A DNA stretch of 62,656 nucleotides, the filler included. It is 4 parts of 4 records of this genome, joined end to end, with 100 filler letters (N's around TTAATTAATTAA, not from the genome) between each part and the next. Parts side by side here need not be neighbours in the genome. Positions count along the whole stretch, not along the records: positions 1 to 21,606 come from SRR22947727_2828; 3 more parts are not named here. One strand, written 5' to 3'. The notes beneath the pieces are model-generated. The model was given only the letters and a program-made list of their open reading frames with translations. It was not told where the DNA came from and did not search any database. Position numbers and translations under genes: made by a program. Of the stretch, positions 1-11,593 are shown piece by piece; positions within the stretch are counted from its first letter, which is position 1; the number at the start of each line of letters is the position of its first letter.

Positions 1-581
1 AAATCATTGGTTGGCGTGAATTCATGGCCGCCATGTATTTGCGTCACGGAGTAACGATGCGAAACAGCAATTTTTGGAAGTTTGAGGATCGTCCCATCCC
101 AGATGCTTTTTACCAAGGAACGACAGGAATTCCGCCCATTGATGATGCTATTAAACGTGCTCTCAGTACTGGTTATTGTCATCACATTGAGCGATTAATG
201 TTACTTGGAAACATGATGCTTCTTTGTGGCTTCCACCCCACCCGAATCTACACCTGGTTCATGGAACTTTTTGTGGATGCCTACGATTGGGTGATGGTTC
301 CGAATGTTTATGGAATGAGTCAGTTTGCTGACGGTGGAATCTTTACGAGTAAGCCATATTTATCAGGATCGAATTATGTGCGCAAAATGTCTGACTACAA
401 ACCAGGAGAGTGGTGTGGCATTTGGGATGGCTTGTTCTGGAGTTTCATTCATCGTCATGGAGACTTTTTTCGTTCGCAACCACGGCTGGCGATGATGGCT
501 CGGAATCTTGATCGCATGTCTCCAGAGGTCTTAGACACGCATTACATGAACGCACAACAGTTTCTTAACTCGCTCAGCTAA
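1..581 (+). CDS. Prokaryotic (6-4) photolyase/cryptochrome family protein (PhrB/CryB-like), 5'-truncated
   Basis: Frame open from window edge (IIGWREFM); motifs HHIERLM, DAYDWVMVPNVYGMSQFADGG, KPYLSGSNY. Confidence 0.88.
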   Translation, partial: IIGWREFMAAMYLRHGVTMRNSNFWKFEDRPIPDAFYQGTTGIPPIDDAIKRALSTGYCHHIERLMLLGNMMLLCGFHPTRIYTWFMELFVDAYDWVMVPNVYGMSQFADGGIFTSKPYLSGSNYVRKMSDYKPGEWCGIWDGLFWSFIHRHGDFFRSQPRLAMMARNLDRMSPEVLDTHYMNAQQFLNSLS

Positions 582-616
582 CGGCTTTCTATTGTCGAAG
601 CGAGATTGATGGGGTC

Positions 617-1210
617 ATGACACTGACGCTTCCACCTGAGGCTTACCTGTGGTTCAAGACCCTTCACATCGTTGGGGTGGTGGTCTGGTTTGCCGGTCTG
701 TTTTATCTCGTCAGGCTGTTCATTTATCACGTGGAAGCAGAGGAGGAGGAATCGCCTGTACGCGAAGCCTTCAAAGCGCAGTACGCCGTGATGGAACGGC
801 GACTCGCCAACATCATCACCACACCTGGACTGATCCTTACCGTCACGATGGCTGCAGGGCTGTTGATTGCCCAGCCGTCCTGGCTTCAGCAAGGTTGGAT
901 GCACGCAAAGCTCGGGTTTGTGGGCTTGTTAGTGGCGTATCACGTGTTCTGCTATCGACTCATGGGCCAACTTCAGGCTGGGAGCTGCCAATGGAGCGGA
1001 CGGCAACTCCGTGCCCTCAATGAACTTCCCACCCTGTTGCTCGTTCTCGTGGTGATGCTGGTGGTGTTCAAGACCCAGTTCCCAACTGGGGCGGCAACCT
1101 GGTTAACCGTCGGACTGGTGGTGTTCATGGCAGGAACCATTCAGTTTTATGCCCGCTGGCGTCGTCTTCGTGAAGCAGCTCTTGCGCAGGAGTCGGTCCC
1201 AGATGCATGA
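617..1210 (+). CDS. hemJ: Protoporphyrinogen IX oxidase HemJ
   Basis: WFKTLHIVGVVVWFAGLFYLVRLFIYH, MERRL, WMHAKL, NELPT motifs; membrane protein. Confidence 0.92.
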   Translation: MTLTLPPEAYLWFKTLHIVGVVVWFAGLFYLVRLFIYHVEAEEEESPVREAFKAQYAVMERRLANIITTPGLILTVTMAAGLLIAQPSWLQQGWMHAKLGFVGLLVAYHVFCYRLMGQLQAGSCQWSGRQLRALNELPTLLLVLVVMLVVFKTQFPTGAATWLTVGLVVFMAGTIQFYARWRRLREAALAQESVPDA

Positions 1211-1856
1211 CGATCACCCGTTGCGGGATGTCCTTGACACGGTTGGTCCTGAGAGCTGTCCAGGCTTACTGAATTTTCACTGCCATACCGTCTGCAGTGA
1301 CGGCAGTCTGGAACCGATCGCTTTGATTGAACAAGCCACTGAGCGGAAGCTGAGTCACCTTGCGGTCACCGATCACCATTCGACCGCTGCCTACGTTCCG
1401 ATGGTTGCTTGGCTGGAACGCGCCCGCGATCGGGGTGAAACCACGCCAACGCTATGGAGTGGGATGGAAATCAGTTGCATCCTGCGCGGATGCTTGGTCC
1501 ACGTTTTGGCTCTTGGCTTTACGCCAGGACATCCTGCCCTTTTGCCCTATTCAAGCGGCGATGCTGCAGTCGGTGCTCCACTAAGGGCCGGTGAGGTCCG
1601 CAAAGCCATCCATAGCGCCGGAGGGCTTGCAATCCTTGCTCATCCAGGTCGCTACAGATTGGGGTTCTCCGCCTTGATTGAAGCGGCGGCAGAGCTGGGT
1701 TTTGACGGTGGTGAAGCTTGGTACGACTACGACATGCAACAACGCTGGGCCCCTACCCCATTGATCTGTGAATCGATCGACAAACAGTTGAAGAACCTTG
1801 GCCTTTTGCGTAGCTGCGGCACCGATACCCACGGTATGGACCTAAAAGGCCGCTAA
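1203..1856 (+). CDS. PHP-domain metal-dependent phosphoesterase
   Basis: FHCHTVCSDG, AVTDHH, LAHPGRY, GTDTH; ATG at 1203 overlaps hemJ stop. Confidence 0.88.
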   Translation: MHDDHPLRDVLDTVGPESCPGLLNFHCHTVCSDGSLEPIALIEQATERKLSHLAVTDHHSTAAYVPMVAWLERARDRGETTPTLWSGMEISCILRGCLVHVLALGFTPGHPALLPYSSGDAAVGAPLRAGEVRKAIHSAGGLAILAHPGRYRLGFSALIEAAAELGFDGGEAWYDYDMQQRWAPTPLICESIDKQLKNLGLLRSCGTDTHGMDLKGR

Positions 1857-1883
1857 ATTCATGTATCGATCTGGATCACAGGA

Positions 1884-2459
1884 ATGGGCCTCTTTGATCG
1901 GCTGCTGAATTCAAGCTCCAAGGACGACGGTCAACAGGACCTTCCGAAGGACCGTGCCAAGCCGAAAGCCGAAGCCTTCTATCTCGACTCCGACGCGTCG
2001 TCGTCCTACGGAAACGTGGATTACATGCGAGAGGCCAAGACCATTCGTCGCACCTTCCCCGGAACCGCCGACAACCCTGGCAACAAAGAGTTGGTGACCA
2101 AGGTCGACGCAATGGACGTCACCGTTGGAAAGCGCACCCAAGGATTGGGTGATGAGAAGCCCAATGAGGAACCCGCGATTCCGTCTTTGCTCTCCAGCGG
2201 CATTCCTAAGCCGGTCAAAAAGACATTCGCCGAAACGATGACCCAGGCCCAACTGGATCAAAAACTGAAGGGGAATGCGTTACGCACAGCTGGCGTCAAT
2301 ACGCCAATGGCGCCTGATGCTGCCCCTATGGGTCGCAAGGAAGAATTGAAGTCTGAGCCCGAAATTCAGCCCAAGAACACGCCGGAATCGCGGGATCCCT
2401 CTGCAAAACCGGGATCGATTGATCCGTTCAAGGCCATGGTTCGCGACCTCAACAACTAA
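1884..2459 (+). CDS. Conserved hypothetical picocyanobacterial protein
   Basis: 191-aa ORF filling the gap between PHP gene and cobN; no recognised domain. Confidence 0.7.
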   Translation: MGLFDRLLNSSSKDDGQQDLPKDRAKPKAEAFYLDSDASSSYGNVDYMREAKTIRRTFPGTADNPGNKELVTKVDAMDVTVGKRTQGLGDEKPNEEPAIPSLLSSGIPKPVKKTFAETMTQAQLDQKLKGNALRTAGVNTPMAPDAAPMGRKEELKSEPEIQPKNTPESRDPSAKPGSIDPFKAMVRDLNN

Positions 2460-5400
2460 GACCTCCTTTCTCGACAGTCTCCTCAGCTTGAAGAACCAAG
2501 CCCCTGATCTGGTCAAGCTGATCAGGGGATGGTTGAGACCACAATCCTCGGTTGGCAGCTTCAAGTAAACGTTCGGCCATATCCCTGAGAACCCAGGGAT
2601 TGGACCGGGTCAAAAAGTCTTGTGTGCCAGCTTCCAACAGCCACTGATCACAGATGGCCCCGTAGCACCAATCAGGAACGGCATTCGTGGAAGCGTCGTA
2701 GGCAAATAAATAGTCGAGGCTGGCTCCCATTTCGAAGGCTCCCTTGTAGCCATGCTGTTGCATTCCCTGGATCCAGCGTGGGTTTAACAAACGGCTTCTC
2801 ACCACCTTGTCGATTTCACGGCTGAGGGAATGAATGCGAAGCCGTTCTTGGCGAGAGTGATCTGCAAACCAGGGCTGCACTGAGGTTCCACCGGAACGAC
2901 GCACCGCAGCCGTCATCCCCCCATGAAACTGGTAGTAGTCATCTGAATCGAGTAGATCGTGTTCCCTGTTGTCCTGGTTATGGAGCACAACCTGCACGTG
3001 ACGCAGAGCAGCCTCTAACCCTTCTCGATTGGCCTGGGCTCGCACATCACTGTCATAACTCCACGAACTCCAGGCTAAAAAAGCCTCTCCAAGTTCGTCC
3101 TGGTTGTCCCATTGACCCGAATCGATCAAGGCTTGCAATCCAGCGCCATACGCTCCCGGTGCTGAACCAAAAATCCTCGATTGAGGCCCTTGCTCACGGG
3201 TGATCGCCGCAAGCGGGTTTTCACCGTCTGTTTCGTCGAGTGATGAGACGAGTTGCACAGCGCGATTCACCCAGCCCACAAGCTGGGGGAAGGCATCGCG
3301 GAACAGTCCTGACATCCGCAAGGTGACATCAACCCGGGGTCGAGCCAGCAGGCTTAAAGGAATCACTTCAAGGTCCACCATGCGCCGAGTTGGGCCATCC
3401 CAGAGAGGACGCACCCCCAGCAACGCGAACATCTGGGCGATGTCTTCACCGCCATTGCGCATCGTGGCTGTTCCCCACACCGACAACGCAAGGTGCCTTA
3501 GATCTTCTCCTTCCTCGAGTCGGTAGAGATCCAACAGTTGCTCAGCGCTACGCCGGCCTAAATCCCAAGCCGCTTCGGTGGGAAGACCGCGCAGGTCAAC
3601 GGAATAAAAATTGCGACCCGTTGGCAACACATCTGGACGACCACGCGTTGGGGCTCCGGAGGGTCCACTAGCAATCCGTCGTCCAGCCAAAGCAGCAAGA
3701 AAAGCCGTCTTTTCACTGGAAGCACAGGCCAACAATCGCGGCACCAGCTCGTCGCGCAAGCGCAGCAGAGCAGGCTCTTTGTTGTCTTGAAGCCACTGCT
3801 GCAGCAAAGGACACAGAGATTCAGAGGGCTCGTCTGTGATCTGCTCCAGCAAGCGGAGCGCTTGATCATCGAGCCAACTCACAGCTGCCGATACACGTCT
3901 GGGCTGATCACAACCCAACTGCTCGAGGGTTCTGCAGTCGTGGGCGCTAAGACGAGCACCGTCTTCATCCGACCAAGGGTCGCATTCCAGTCCAATCACC
4001 TTGGCCATCGCCTGAGTGATGCCTTGACAGCCACCGGAGGGCGATCGAGCAATGGCCAGGAGAAGTTCTCTCTGCATCAACGGTTCAGGTTGGCAGCCAA
4101 GCCGATGCAGGCCTGTTCTGATTTGCGCCTCCTTCAATTCACAGAGATAGGTTTCCACCTGATCAAGACAGCGGGCCCAAGACTCGTTGTCTTGATCAGG
4201 AGAACTTGATGAATCGTTCGGTGCTTCGTTTGAAGCATTGGGGAGGGAAGGCCAATCCAGACGTTGAAGTAGCTGCTTGATTTGCTGCTCGAGCAGATCG
4301 CAGCGTTCGGCAGCAACCTGACGAGCCTCGACATACTCATCAAGCAAGGCTTCCAAAGACAGCAAAGATCCATGCAATCCAGCCCGACCCAAGGGCGGAG
4401 TGAGGTGATCGAGAATCACGGCATGGCCCCGACGCTTGGCCTGGGAACCCTCTCCAGGATCATTCACGATGAAGGGATAAATGTGAGGGATCGGAGCAAG
4501 CGCCAGTCCTGGCCCACAGGCCTCACTCAGTCCAACCGACTTGCCTGGTAGCCATTCGGCGCTGCCATGTTTGCCCACATGGACCATTAGCTGGGTGCCA
4601 TGCACCTCCTGCAGCCAGAGATATTGAGCCAAATAACGATGTGGAGGAGGGAGATCCGGAGAATGAAGATCACTGATCTGATCGGGGTCGTAGCCACGGC
4701 TGGGCTGAATCAACACAGCCACATGACCCAGCAGAAGACCATGCACAGCAAATCCCTTCTCCTCCAGATCCACGGCCTGTTCCGGTGAGCCCCAGCGGCG
4801 CTCAATCAGAGCTCGAGCTTCAGGCGTGAGCTGTCGCCACCAGCGCAAGTAGTGGTTGAGGGGAAGATAGGCAAGGGGCTGAAGGTGAGAACTCTCCGGA
4901 TCGTTGCTGCGTCCAGACAACAGTTGGGCCATCAACGCTTGAGACGCATCGGGACGCGACTCGCTGCCAAGTGCAACACCGGCTTCAGAAAGCCAGTTCA
5001 AAATATTGATGGTGCTAGCGGGAGTATCCAGACCAACCCCATTGGCCAAACGTCCATTGCGAACGGGGTAATTCGCAAGCACCAATGCCACGCGCTTCTC
5101 TGCTGCGTCCGTTTGACGAAGATCAACCCAACAACGGGCATGGTCCGCAAGCCAATTCAGCCCAGCAGCGTCGGGAACCAAACTTTTGACAGCGGTCGAC
5201 AAACTGGATTCCGCATCCTGGACTTCACGGAATGCACCGATTCTCGTGGTGATGCGTCCATCCAACTCAGGAAGCACAACTTGAAGGGAGAGATCGATGG
5301 GATCGAGCCCCTGGGTGGTCGCGTCCCAAGCTTGTTTGGATCGTCCCGAGCAAAGCAGTTGCAACACAGGCAGATCAAGGCCATCCCACAGCGGAGTGCC

Positions 5401-6225
5401 CAGTCCCGCCTCTTGAAACTGCACCGATGCAAATGCCGTAGTGCTGACCACCAGCTGAACATCCTGCGCTTGAAATGCTCGTTGCACCCCCTCCTGAACC
5501 ACGGGATCTCTCAAGCTGCTCACCCAGAGGGCACGCGGTGCTAGTCCACGACTTCGCAACGCCGTTAAAAGTTGATCACACCAATCCGTGTCAGCGGCGC
5601 GGGCATGGGCCCGATACAACAGGACTCCGACCTTCGCACCTGATTCATCACGCCAATCAAATGGGGCTGGATCAGCCATCCGTTCCGGCTGAAGATCGGG
5701 CGCGTCCTTCAAGGCCTCAGGTTCCGTGCAACTGGTGATGAAGGGATGAATCGCCTTCAAAACCTTGGTCATGTTGGGCATCCCGCCTTCGCGCAACAAC
5801 AGAGCCAACTGTTGAGAAAGGGTGGGAGAAACCGATCCAATCGGATGGAGTTCGTCGTTTTGATCAGCGGTCCCCGCCAAGACGATCAAGGTGCGTTGTG
5901 GGGCAGTCGACTGCCAACGCCTGCACTGTTCAAGCCCATAACTCCAGTGACCCCGCCCACCTAGCAAGCGCACCACAAGCACCCGGGCGGCTCGCCCCGT
6001 TGTGGCCAGATAGTGGTCAATTTGAGCCGGATGTCGCAGGCAATCGAGCGGCAAAGCCCGCAATTGCTCCTTCCACTGCCCCAGCTCTGGCTGCCGAAGA
6101 CAAGCGGAGAGCGTACTGATATCGGTCGCAGCGCTAGTCAGAAAAAGAATGGGGGCAGGCGGTTGCTCAACAACGGTGAAAACCTCGTTGCTTTCGGCGC
6201 CAGGAAGACTGCTCAGTCGATGCAT
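2449..6225 (-). CDS. cobN: Cobaltochelatase subunit CobN
   Basis: 1258 aa; HVGKHGSAEWLPGK, NDPGEGSQAKRR, LPTGRNFY, HNQDNREHDLLDSDDYYQF. Confidence 0.96.
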   Translation of the reverse strand: MHRLSSLPGAESNEVFTVVEQPPAPILFLTSAATDISTLSACLRQPELGQWKEQLRALPLDCLRHPAQIDHYLATTGRAARVLVVRLLGGRGHWSYGLEQCRRWQSTAPQRTLIVLAGTADQNDELHPIGSVSPTLSQQLALLLREGGMPNMTKVLKAIHPFITSCTEPEALKDAPDLQPERMADPAPFDWRDESGAKVGVLLYRAHARAADTDWCDQLLTALRSRGLAPRALWVSSLRDPVVQEGVQRAFQAQDVQLVVSTTAFASVQFQEAGLGTPLWDGLDLPVLQLLCSGRSKQAWDATTQGLDPIDLSLQVVLPELDGRITTRIGAFREVQDAESSLSTAVKSLVPDAAGLNWLADHARCWVDLRQTDAAEKRVALVLANYPVRNGRLANGVGLDTPASTINILNWLSEAGVALGSESRPDASQALMAQLLSGRSNDPESSHLQPLAYLPLNHYLRWWRQLTPEARALIERRWGSPEQAVDLEEKGFAVHGLLLGHVAVLIQPSRGYDPDQISDLHSPDLPPPHRYLAQYLWLQEVHGTQLMVHVGKHGSAEWLPGKSVGLSEACGPGLALAPIPHIYPFIVNDPGEGSQAKRRGHAVILDHLTPPLGRAGLHGSLLSLEALLDEYVEARQVAAERCDLLEQQIKQLLQRLDWPSLPNASNEAPNDSSSSPDQDNESWARCLDQVETYLCELKEAQIRTGLHRLGCQPEPLMQRELLLAIARSPSGGCQGITQAMAKVIGLECDPWSDEDGARLSAHDCRTLEQLGCDQPRRVSAAVSWLDDQALRLLEQITDEPSESLCPLLQQWLQDNKEPALLRLRDELVPRLLACASSEKTAFLAALAGRRIASGPSGAPTRGRPDVLPTGRNFYSVDLRGLPTEAAWDLGRRSAEQLLDLYRLEEGEDLRHLALSVWGTATMRNGGEDIAQMFALLGVRPLWDGPTRRMVDLEVIPLSLLARPRVDVTLRMSGLFRDAFPQLVGWVNRAVQLVSSLDETDGENPLAAITREQGPQSRIFGSAPGAYGAGLQALIDSGQWDNQDELGEAFLAWSSWSYDSDVRAQANREGLEAALRHVQVVLHNQDNREHDLLDSDDYYQFHGGMTAAVRRSGGTSVQPWFADHSRQERLRIHSLSREIDKVVRSRLLNPRWIQGMQQHGYKGAFEMGASLDYLFAYDASTNAVPDWCYGAICDQWLLEAGTQDFLTRSNPWVLRDMAERLLEAANRGLWSQPSPDQLDQIRGLVLQAEETVEKGGLSC

Positions 6226-6301
6226 GTCTCCATTCTGGTCTGATCACATCACACCCACCGAGCGAGGTGAGTGAGAAAATTTGAGCATCGATCAATGAGC
6301 G

Positions 6302-7219
6302 ATGCATCAGTTCCTTCCCTACGCCTGGTTTGAAGGCCGCTGCATCCCGTTTGACCAGGCCAAAGTTTCGATCGCCACGCATGCCCTTCATTACGGCACC
6401 GGTGCTTTCGGAGGCATGCGCGCGATTCCAGATCCGGAAAAACCTGGCGGCATGCTGTTGTTTCGCCCGGACCGCCATGCCCGGCGTCTCTCCCAGAGCG
6501 CCAAGCTCCTGCTCGCTGATCTCACGGAAGAAACCGTGATGGAGGCTCTCGTTGCGGTGCTGAGGGCTAATAAGCCCACAACGCCCATCTACCTGAGGCC
6601 ATTTGTTTACACCAGTGATTTAGGCATCGCACCACGTCTGCACAACATCGAGACTGATTTTCTGATTTACGGCTTAGAGCTCGGCGATTACCTCTCTCCC
6701 GATGGCGTGAGTTGCCGCATTAGTAGTTGGACCCGGCAGGAAGATCGCTCACTTCCCCTGCGCGGAAAAATCAGTGGTGCTTACATCACAAGCTCACTAG
6801 CCAAAACGGAAGCAGTCACGAGCGGGTTCGACGAAGCCCTGCTCATGAACACGCGGGGAAAAGTGAGCGAAGCCAGTGGCATGAATCTATTTTTGGTGCG
6901 CGACGGAGTCCTGATCACCCCTGGAGTTGATCAAGACATTCTTGAGGGAATCACCCGCTCCAGCGTGATTGAGCTGGCAAAGCACATGGGATTTCAGGTG
7001 ATCGAACGCCCCGTCGACAAAACCGAACTCTGTATCGCCGATGAAGTCTTCCTTACGGGAACTGCAGCGAAAATTACGCCGATTCGGCAACTCGAATCCA
7101 CGGTCTTACCGACCCATCGACCGGTAATGGATGCCCTAAGACAACGGCTCGTGTCGATTACGCAAGGACGAGATCCTGAATTCAGCCATTGGGTCACCAG
7201 GATCGAACTCGAAGACTAA
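6302..7219 (+). CDS. ilvE: Branched-chain amino acid aminotransferase
   Basis: HALHYGTGAFGGMR, KISGAY, EASGMNLF, ILEGITR, EVFLTGTAA (class IV PLP enzyme). Confidence 0.92.
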   Translation: MHQFLPYAWFEGRCIPFDQAKVSIATHALHYGTGAFGGMRAIPDPEKPGGMLLFRPDRHARRLSQSAKLLLADLTEETVMEALVAVLRANKPTTPIYLRPFVYTSDLGIAPRLHNIETDFLIYGLELGDYLSPDGVSCRISSWTRQEDRSLPLRGKISGAYITSSLAKTEAVTSGFDEALLMNTRGKVSEASGMNLFLVRDGVLITPGVDQDILEGITRSSVIELAKHMGFQVIERPVDKTELCIADEVFLTGTAAKITPIRQLESTVLPTHRPVMDALRQRLVSITQGRDPEFSHWVTRIELED

Positions 7220-7277
7220 GGGTCGGCCTTCGGATCAAGAGCAGTTCATAGAATGGCTCGAGAGAAGCAACTGAGCG

Positions 7278-10200
7278 ATGCAGGCCGTCACAGAGACCCC
7301 CACCCTGATCGCCTCACGTTTTTTAAAGCGGCTGCATGATCCATCAAGACCTGTCTTGGTGTTTGACGGAGCAACTGGCACCTCCCTGCAACAGCTCGAC
7401 TTATCCGCCGATGATTTCGGCGGGGAAGCCTTAGAGGGTTGCAATGAAAACCTTGTCGTCACAAGACCCGATGCCGTTCAAAGCGTGCATCGACAGTTTC
7501 TTGACGCCGGTTGTGATGTCATCGAAACCGATACCTTTGGTGCCGCCTCTGTCGTGCTGGCCGAGTACGGCTTAGAAGACAAAACCTTCGAGCTCAACAA
7601 GCGTGCTGCCGAGTTGGCCAAGGAAGTGGCCATGGAATACAGCACCGACGAAAAACCACGATTCGTGGCTGGGTCGATGGGACCCACCACAAAATTACCC
7701 ACGCTGGGACACATCAGTTTTGATCTCCTTCGCGATTCCTATCAGGAGCAAGCAGAAGGACTGATTGCCGGCGATGTGGATCTACTCATCATTGAGACAT
7801 GTCAGGACGTTCTGCAGATCAAGGCTGCTCTTCAAGGGATTGAGCAAGCCTTTGAAACCAGCGGTGAACGCCGCCCATTGATGGTGTCCGTAACGATGGA
7901 AACCACAGGCACCATGCTGGTGGGTTCCGACATCGCAGCTGTTGTTTCCATTCTTGAACCCTTTCCGATTGATGTTCTTGGGCTGAACTGCGCAACAGGT
8001 CCTGAACAAATGAAAGAGCACATGCGTTATCTGACAGATAATGCTCCATTTGTGGTGAGCTGCATCCCCAACGCAGGCTTACCAGAAAATGTTGGAGGCG
8101 TGGCGCATTACCGGCTGACACCGGTGGAGCTGAAAATGCAATTAATGCACTTTGTGGAAGATCTTGGGGTTCAAGTGATTGGTGGATGTTGCGGAACAAC
8201 ACCTGCTCATATTGGAGCTCTTTCTGAAATTTCATCAGAGCTAAATGCCGCACCAAGAAAAGTGCGCACCCACCACCATGAAAGAAAAGCCCTCAGTTAT
8301 GAAGCAGCGGCCTCATCGATTTATGGCGCAACTACTTACCTACAAGACAATTCTTTCTTAATCATTGGTGAACGACTCAATGCCAGTGGATCTAAGAAAG
8401 TACGTGAATTACTGAATGAAGAGGATTGGGACGGATTGGTCGCCGTTGCCAGAGGCCAGGTTAAAGAAAATGCTCATGTGCTTGATATCAACGTTGATTA
8501 TGTCGGTCGTGATGGTGAGCGAGATATGCGCGAGCTGGTGAATCGAGTCGTCACCAATGTGAATCTTCCTTTGATGCTGGATTCCACCGAATGGCAAAAG
8601 ATGGAAGCCGGACTCAAAGTTGCTGGAGGAAAGTGCATTCTCAATTCAACGAACTACGAAGACGGTGATGAACGGTTCTTCAAGGTGTTGGAGCTAGCCA
8701 AACGCTATGGAGCTGGAGTGGTGATTGGCACGATCGACGAAGACGGTATGGCCCGGACTGCAGACCAAAAAGTTGCGATTGCGAAAAGGGCCTATCGAGA
8801 TGCTGTGGAGTATGGAATTCCAGCCCGGGAAATCTTTTACGACGCGCTCGCATTACCGATTTCCACTGGTATCGAAGAAGATCGACGCAACGGGGCTGAA
8901 ACAATCGAAGCCATTCGCAGGATTCGCACGGATCTCCCCCAAGTTCATGTTGTCCTTGGCGTATCGAATGTGAGCTTCGGCTTATCTCCTGCCGCCAGAA
9001 TTACGCTGAATTCAGTCTTTTTGCATGATTGCTGTGAAGCTGGAATGGATGCGGCGATTGTGTCACCAGCCAAGATTCTTCCCCTGATGAAAATCAGCGA
9101 AGAGCATCAGAAAGTTTGTCGAGATTTGATCAATGATCGTCGTGGATTCGAAGGAGATGTTTGCACTTATGACCCGCTTACAGTTCTAACAACGTTATTC
9201 GAGGGTGTAAGTGCTAAAGCCGCCCGTGAATCGGGACCATCCCTGAGCGACCTACCTGTCGAAGAGCGGCTGAAACAACACATCATTGATGGTGAGCGCA
9301 TTGGATTGGAGGACGCTCTCAAAGAGGGCTTAGAAAATTATCCGCCATTAGAAATCGTCAACACCTATTTGCTTGACGGAATGAAGGTGGTTGGAGAACT
9401 GTTTGGGTCCGGGCAAATGCAACTTCCTTTCGTCCTTCAGTCTGCCGAAACCATGAAATCTGCAGTGGCATTTTTAGAACCCTTTATGGAGAAAGAAGAA
9501 GGGGAGCGATCTGCAAAAGCCAAGTTTTTAATCGCAACAGTTAAAGGTGATGTTCATGATATTGGCAAAAATCTCGTAGACATTATTTTGACCAATAATG
9601 GCTATGAAGTTATTAACCTTGGAATCAAGCAAGATGTGAATGCAATCATCACTGCCCAGGAAGAACATCAGGCTGATTGCATCGCCATGAGTGGACTTCT
9701 AGTGAAATCCACAGCCTTCATGAAAAATAATTTGCAATCTTTTAATGAAGCAGGTATCAACGTACCGGTCGTCCTTGGTGGCGCTGCACTTACACCCAGG
9801 TTCGTGAATAAAGACTGCAACGATGTGTACGACGGCAAAGTGATTTACGGCAAAGACGCTTTCACAGATCTGCGCTTTATGGACGCGTTAGTGACTGCAA
9901 AAGCAAAGGATCGCTGGGATGATCGCGCTGGCTTTCTCGATGGCACCCCCGATGGTCTCTCGATTGGTGGGGACGCAGAACCCTCAGAGTCAGCCGACGC
10001 AGCGCCTGAGAGCTCCTCTGAGCCAACTGAGACACCTGATCTCAAGCTTCCCGTCAGTTACCACCGATCGGATGCCGTTCCTGAGGAGAAAGCCGTCATC
10101 ACTCCCTTCCTTGGTGCCTCCGTTCTTCAGGGACACGATCAGATTCCCCTCGACGAGGTGATTGCGTTCCTCGACCGTCAGGCACTGTTCGCTGGTCAGT

Positions 10201-10898
10201 GGCAGATGCGCAAAGCCAAAAACCAAAGCCGTGAAGAGTACGAACAGGATCTCGCGGACAAGGCCGAGCCAATCCTCCAAAAATGGCTGGCGCGGGCCAA
10301 AGACGACCAACTCCTTCATCCAGCAGTGGCTTACGGCTATTTCCCTTGCGGTCGCGATGGCAACGCGGTGGTGGTGTTTAACCCGGAGGGTGGTGCAGAG
10401 CTGGGTCGTTTTGACGTCCCCCGTCAACGCAGTGGGAATCGCTACTGCATCGCCGATTTCTTCCAAGACCTCAAAGAGGGGCATCCCTGCGATGTACTGC
10501 CGATGCAAGCGGTCACCATGGGTGAAGAAGCCAGTCGCTTCAGCCAAGAACTCTTTCGCAAGGATGCCTACAGCGACTATCTGTTTTTTCACGGATTAGC
10601 CGTTCAGATGGCAGAAGCGCTTGCTGAGTGGACCCACGCCCGGATTCGGCGTGAATGCGGCTTCTCCGATCCCGACGGGATGCCTCTCAGGGACATTTTT
10701 GCCCAGCGCTATAGGGGTAGCCGGTATTCCTTTGGCTATCCAGCCTGTCCCAACGTGGCGGATTCCCGTCAACAACTGGAATGGCTACAGGCTGATCGCA
10801 TTGGTTTGACCATGGATGAAAGCGATCAACTGCATCCAGAACAGAGCACAACAGCCCTGGTTGCTTTGCACAGCAACGCTCGCTACTTCAGCGCTTAA
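7278..10898 (+). CDS. metH: Cobalamin-dependent methionine synthase
   Basis: [32 protein letters not shown]12-binding [20 protein letters not shown]. Confidence 0.97.
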   Translation: MQAVTETPTLIASRFLKRLHDPSRPVLVFDGATGTSLQQLDLSADDFGGEALEGCNENLVVTRPDAVQSVHRQFLDAGCDVIETDTFGAASVVLAEYGLEDKTFELNKRAAELAKEVAMEYSTDEKPRFVAGSMGPTTKLPTLGHISFDLLRDSYQEQAEGLIAGDVDLLIIETCQDVLQIKAALQGIEQAFETSGERRPLMVSVTMETTGTMLVGSDIAAVVSILEPFPIDVLGLNCATGPEQMKEHMRYLTDNAPFVVSCIPNAGLPENVGGVAHYRLTPVELKMQLMHFVEDLGVQVIGGCCGTTPAHIGALSEISSELNAAPRKVRTHHHERKALSYEAAASSIYGATTYLQDNSFLIIGERLNASGSKKVRELLNEEDWDGLVAVARGQVKENAHVLDINVDYVGRDGERDMRELVNRVVTNVNLPLMLDSTEWQKMEAGLKVAGGKCILNSTNYEDGDERFFKVLELAKRYGAGVVIGTIDEDGMARTADQKVAIAKRAYRDAVEYGIPAREIFYDALALPISTGIEEDRRNGAETIEAIRRIRTDLPQVHVVLGVSNVSFGLSPAARITLNSVFLHDCCEAGMDAAIVSPAKILPLMKISEEHQKVCRDLINDRRGFEGDVCTYDPLTVLTTLFEGVSAKAARESGPSLSDLPVEERLKQHIIDGERIGLEDALKEGLENYPPLEIVNTYLLDGMKVVGELFGSGQMQLPFVLQSAETMKSAVAFLEPFMEKEEGERSAKAKFLIATVKGDVHDIGKNLVDIILTNNGYEVINLGIKQDVNAIITAQEEHQADCIAMSGLLVKSTAFMKNNLQSFNEAGINVPVVLGGAALTPRFVNKDCNDVYDGKVIYGKDAFTDLRFMDALVTAKAKDRWDDRAGFLDGTPDGLSIGGDAEPSESADAAPESSSEPTETPDLKLPVSYHRSDAVPEEKAVITPFLGASVLQGHDQIPLDEVIAFLDRQALFAGQWQMRKAKNQSREEYEQDLADKAEPILQKWLARAKDDQLLHPAVAYGYFPCGRDGNAVVVFNPEGGAELGRFDVPRQRSGNRYCIADFFQDLKEGHPCDVLPMQAVTMGEEASRFSQELFRKDAYSDYLFFHGLAVQMAEALAEWTHARIRRECGFSDPDGMPLRDIFAQRYRGSRYSFGYPACPNVADSRQQLEWLQADRIGLTMDESDQLHPEQSTTALVALHSNARYFSA

Positions 10899-10950
10899 AG
10901 CCACACAACAATGTGTTGCCTCAGACTTCTGAGGCACTGCACTTGCTCCC

Positions 10951-11223
10951 ATGGACTTCAGCGGCCCCGACGCCATCGACAATGCGATTAAGGCTGGATT
11001 GGATATCGATGGCAGCCCTCTTCCAGAAGCGATGCTCACGCTCTACCGCGAGGTCATGGATCAAGAGGCACAACGAAAGCGCAGTGGAGTGCGTAAGTCG
11101 ATGAGAAACCGGATCGTTCGCACCGGTGCCAAACATTTCAGCCAAGACGTCCTGAACACCCGATTAATCGAGGCTGGCTGGGAAGGCCTGAAGGACAAGG
11201 AAATCAGCTTTTACTTCAGCTGA
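10951..11223 (+). CDS. Small conserved cyanobacterial protein (DUF4090/Ssr1528-like)
   Basis: GPDAIDNAIKAGLDIDGS...RKRSGVRKSMRNRIVRTGAKH pattern recognised. Confidence 0.75.
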   Translation: MDFSGPDAIDNAIKAGLDIDGSPLPEAMLTLYREVMDQEAQRKRSGVRKSMRNRIVRTGAKHFSQDVLNTRLIEAGWEGLKDKEISFYFS

Positions 11224-11251
11224 CAACCGATTCAATGTGAGCTCTGCAGGA

Positions 11252-11482
11252 TCACTCCTGGCAGAGCTTTTCCATCGTGTCGATCACGTCCTGCTGAAAA
11301 TCATCCAGCGCGCTGGACTCGCTCAAATCAAATCCTTCTCCCGCAGCGTTCTGCGCAAGATCCTGAAAGTGGAAGGCTCCCTCACCATTGGCAAGGAACT
11401 CAATAGCCGATGACTCGCCACTTTCGCGGAACGCATCGCAGAGGGCGATAAACGCCGCGTCTTCAGTGAACTCCCAATCCAT
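11252..11482 (-). CDS. Small acidic conserved hypothetical protein
   Basis: 76-aa ORF convergent with upstream gene, protein-like composition. Confidence 0.7.
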   Translation of the reverse strand: MDWEFTEDAAFIALCDAFRESGESSAIEFLANGEGAFHFQDLAQNAAGEGFDLSESSALDDFQQDVIDTMEKLCQE

Positions 11483-11593
11483 CGAGGAGGCATAACTGAA
11501 CGACCTTTAACGCCTAACCCCCGTGATCCGTCAACCATCTCGTCTCGGAATGTGCCAGTCGTTCGGCAGACTCCTGGCAGCAAATGCAAGCGA

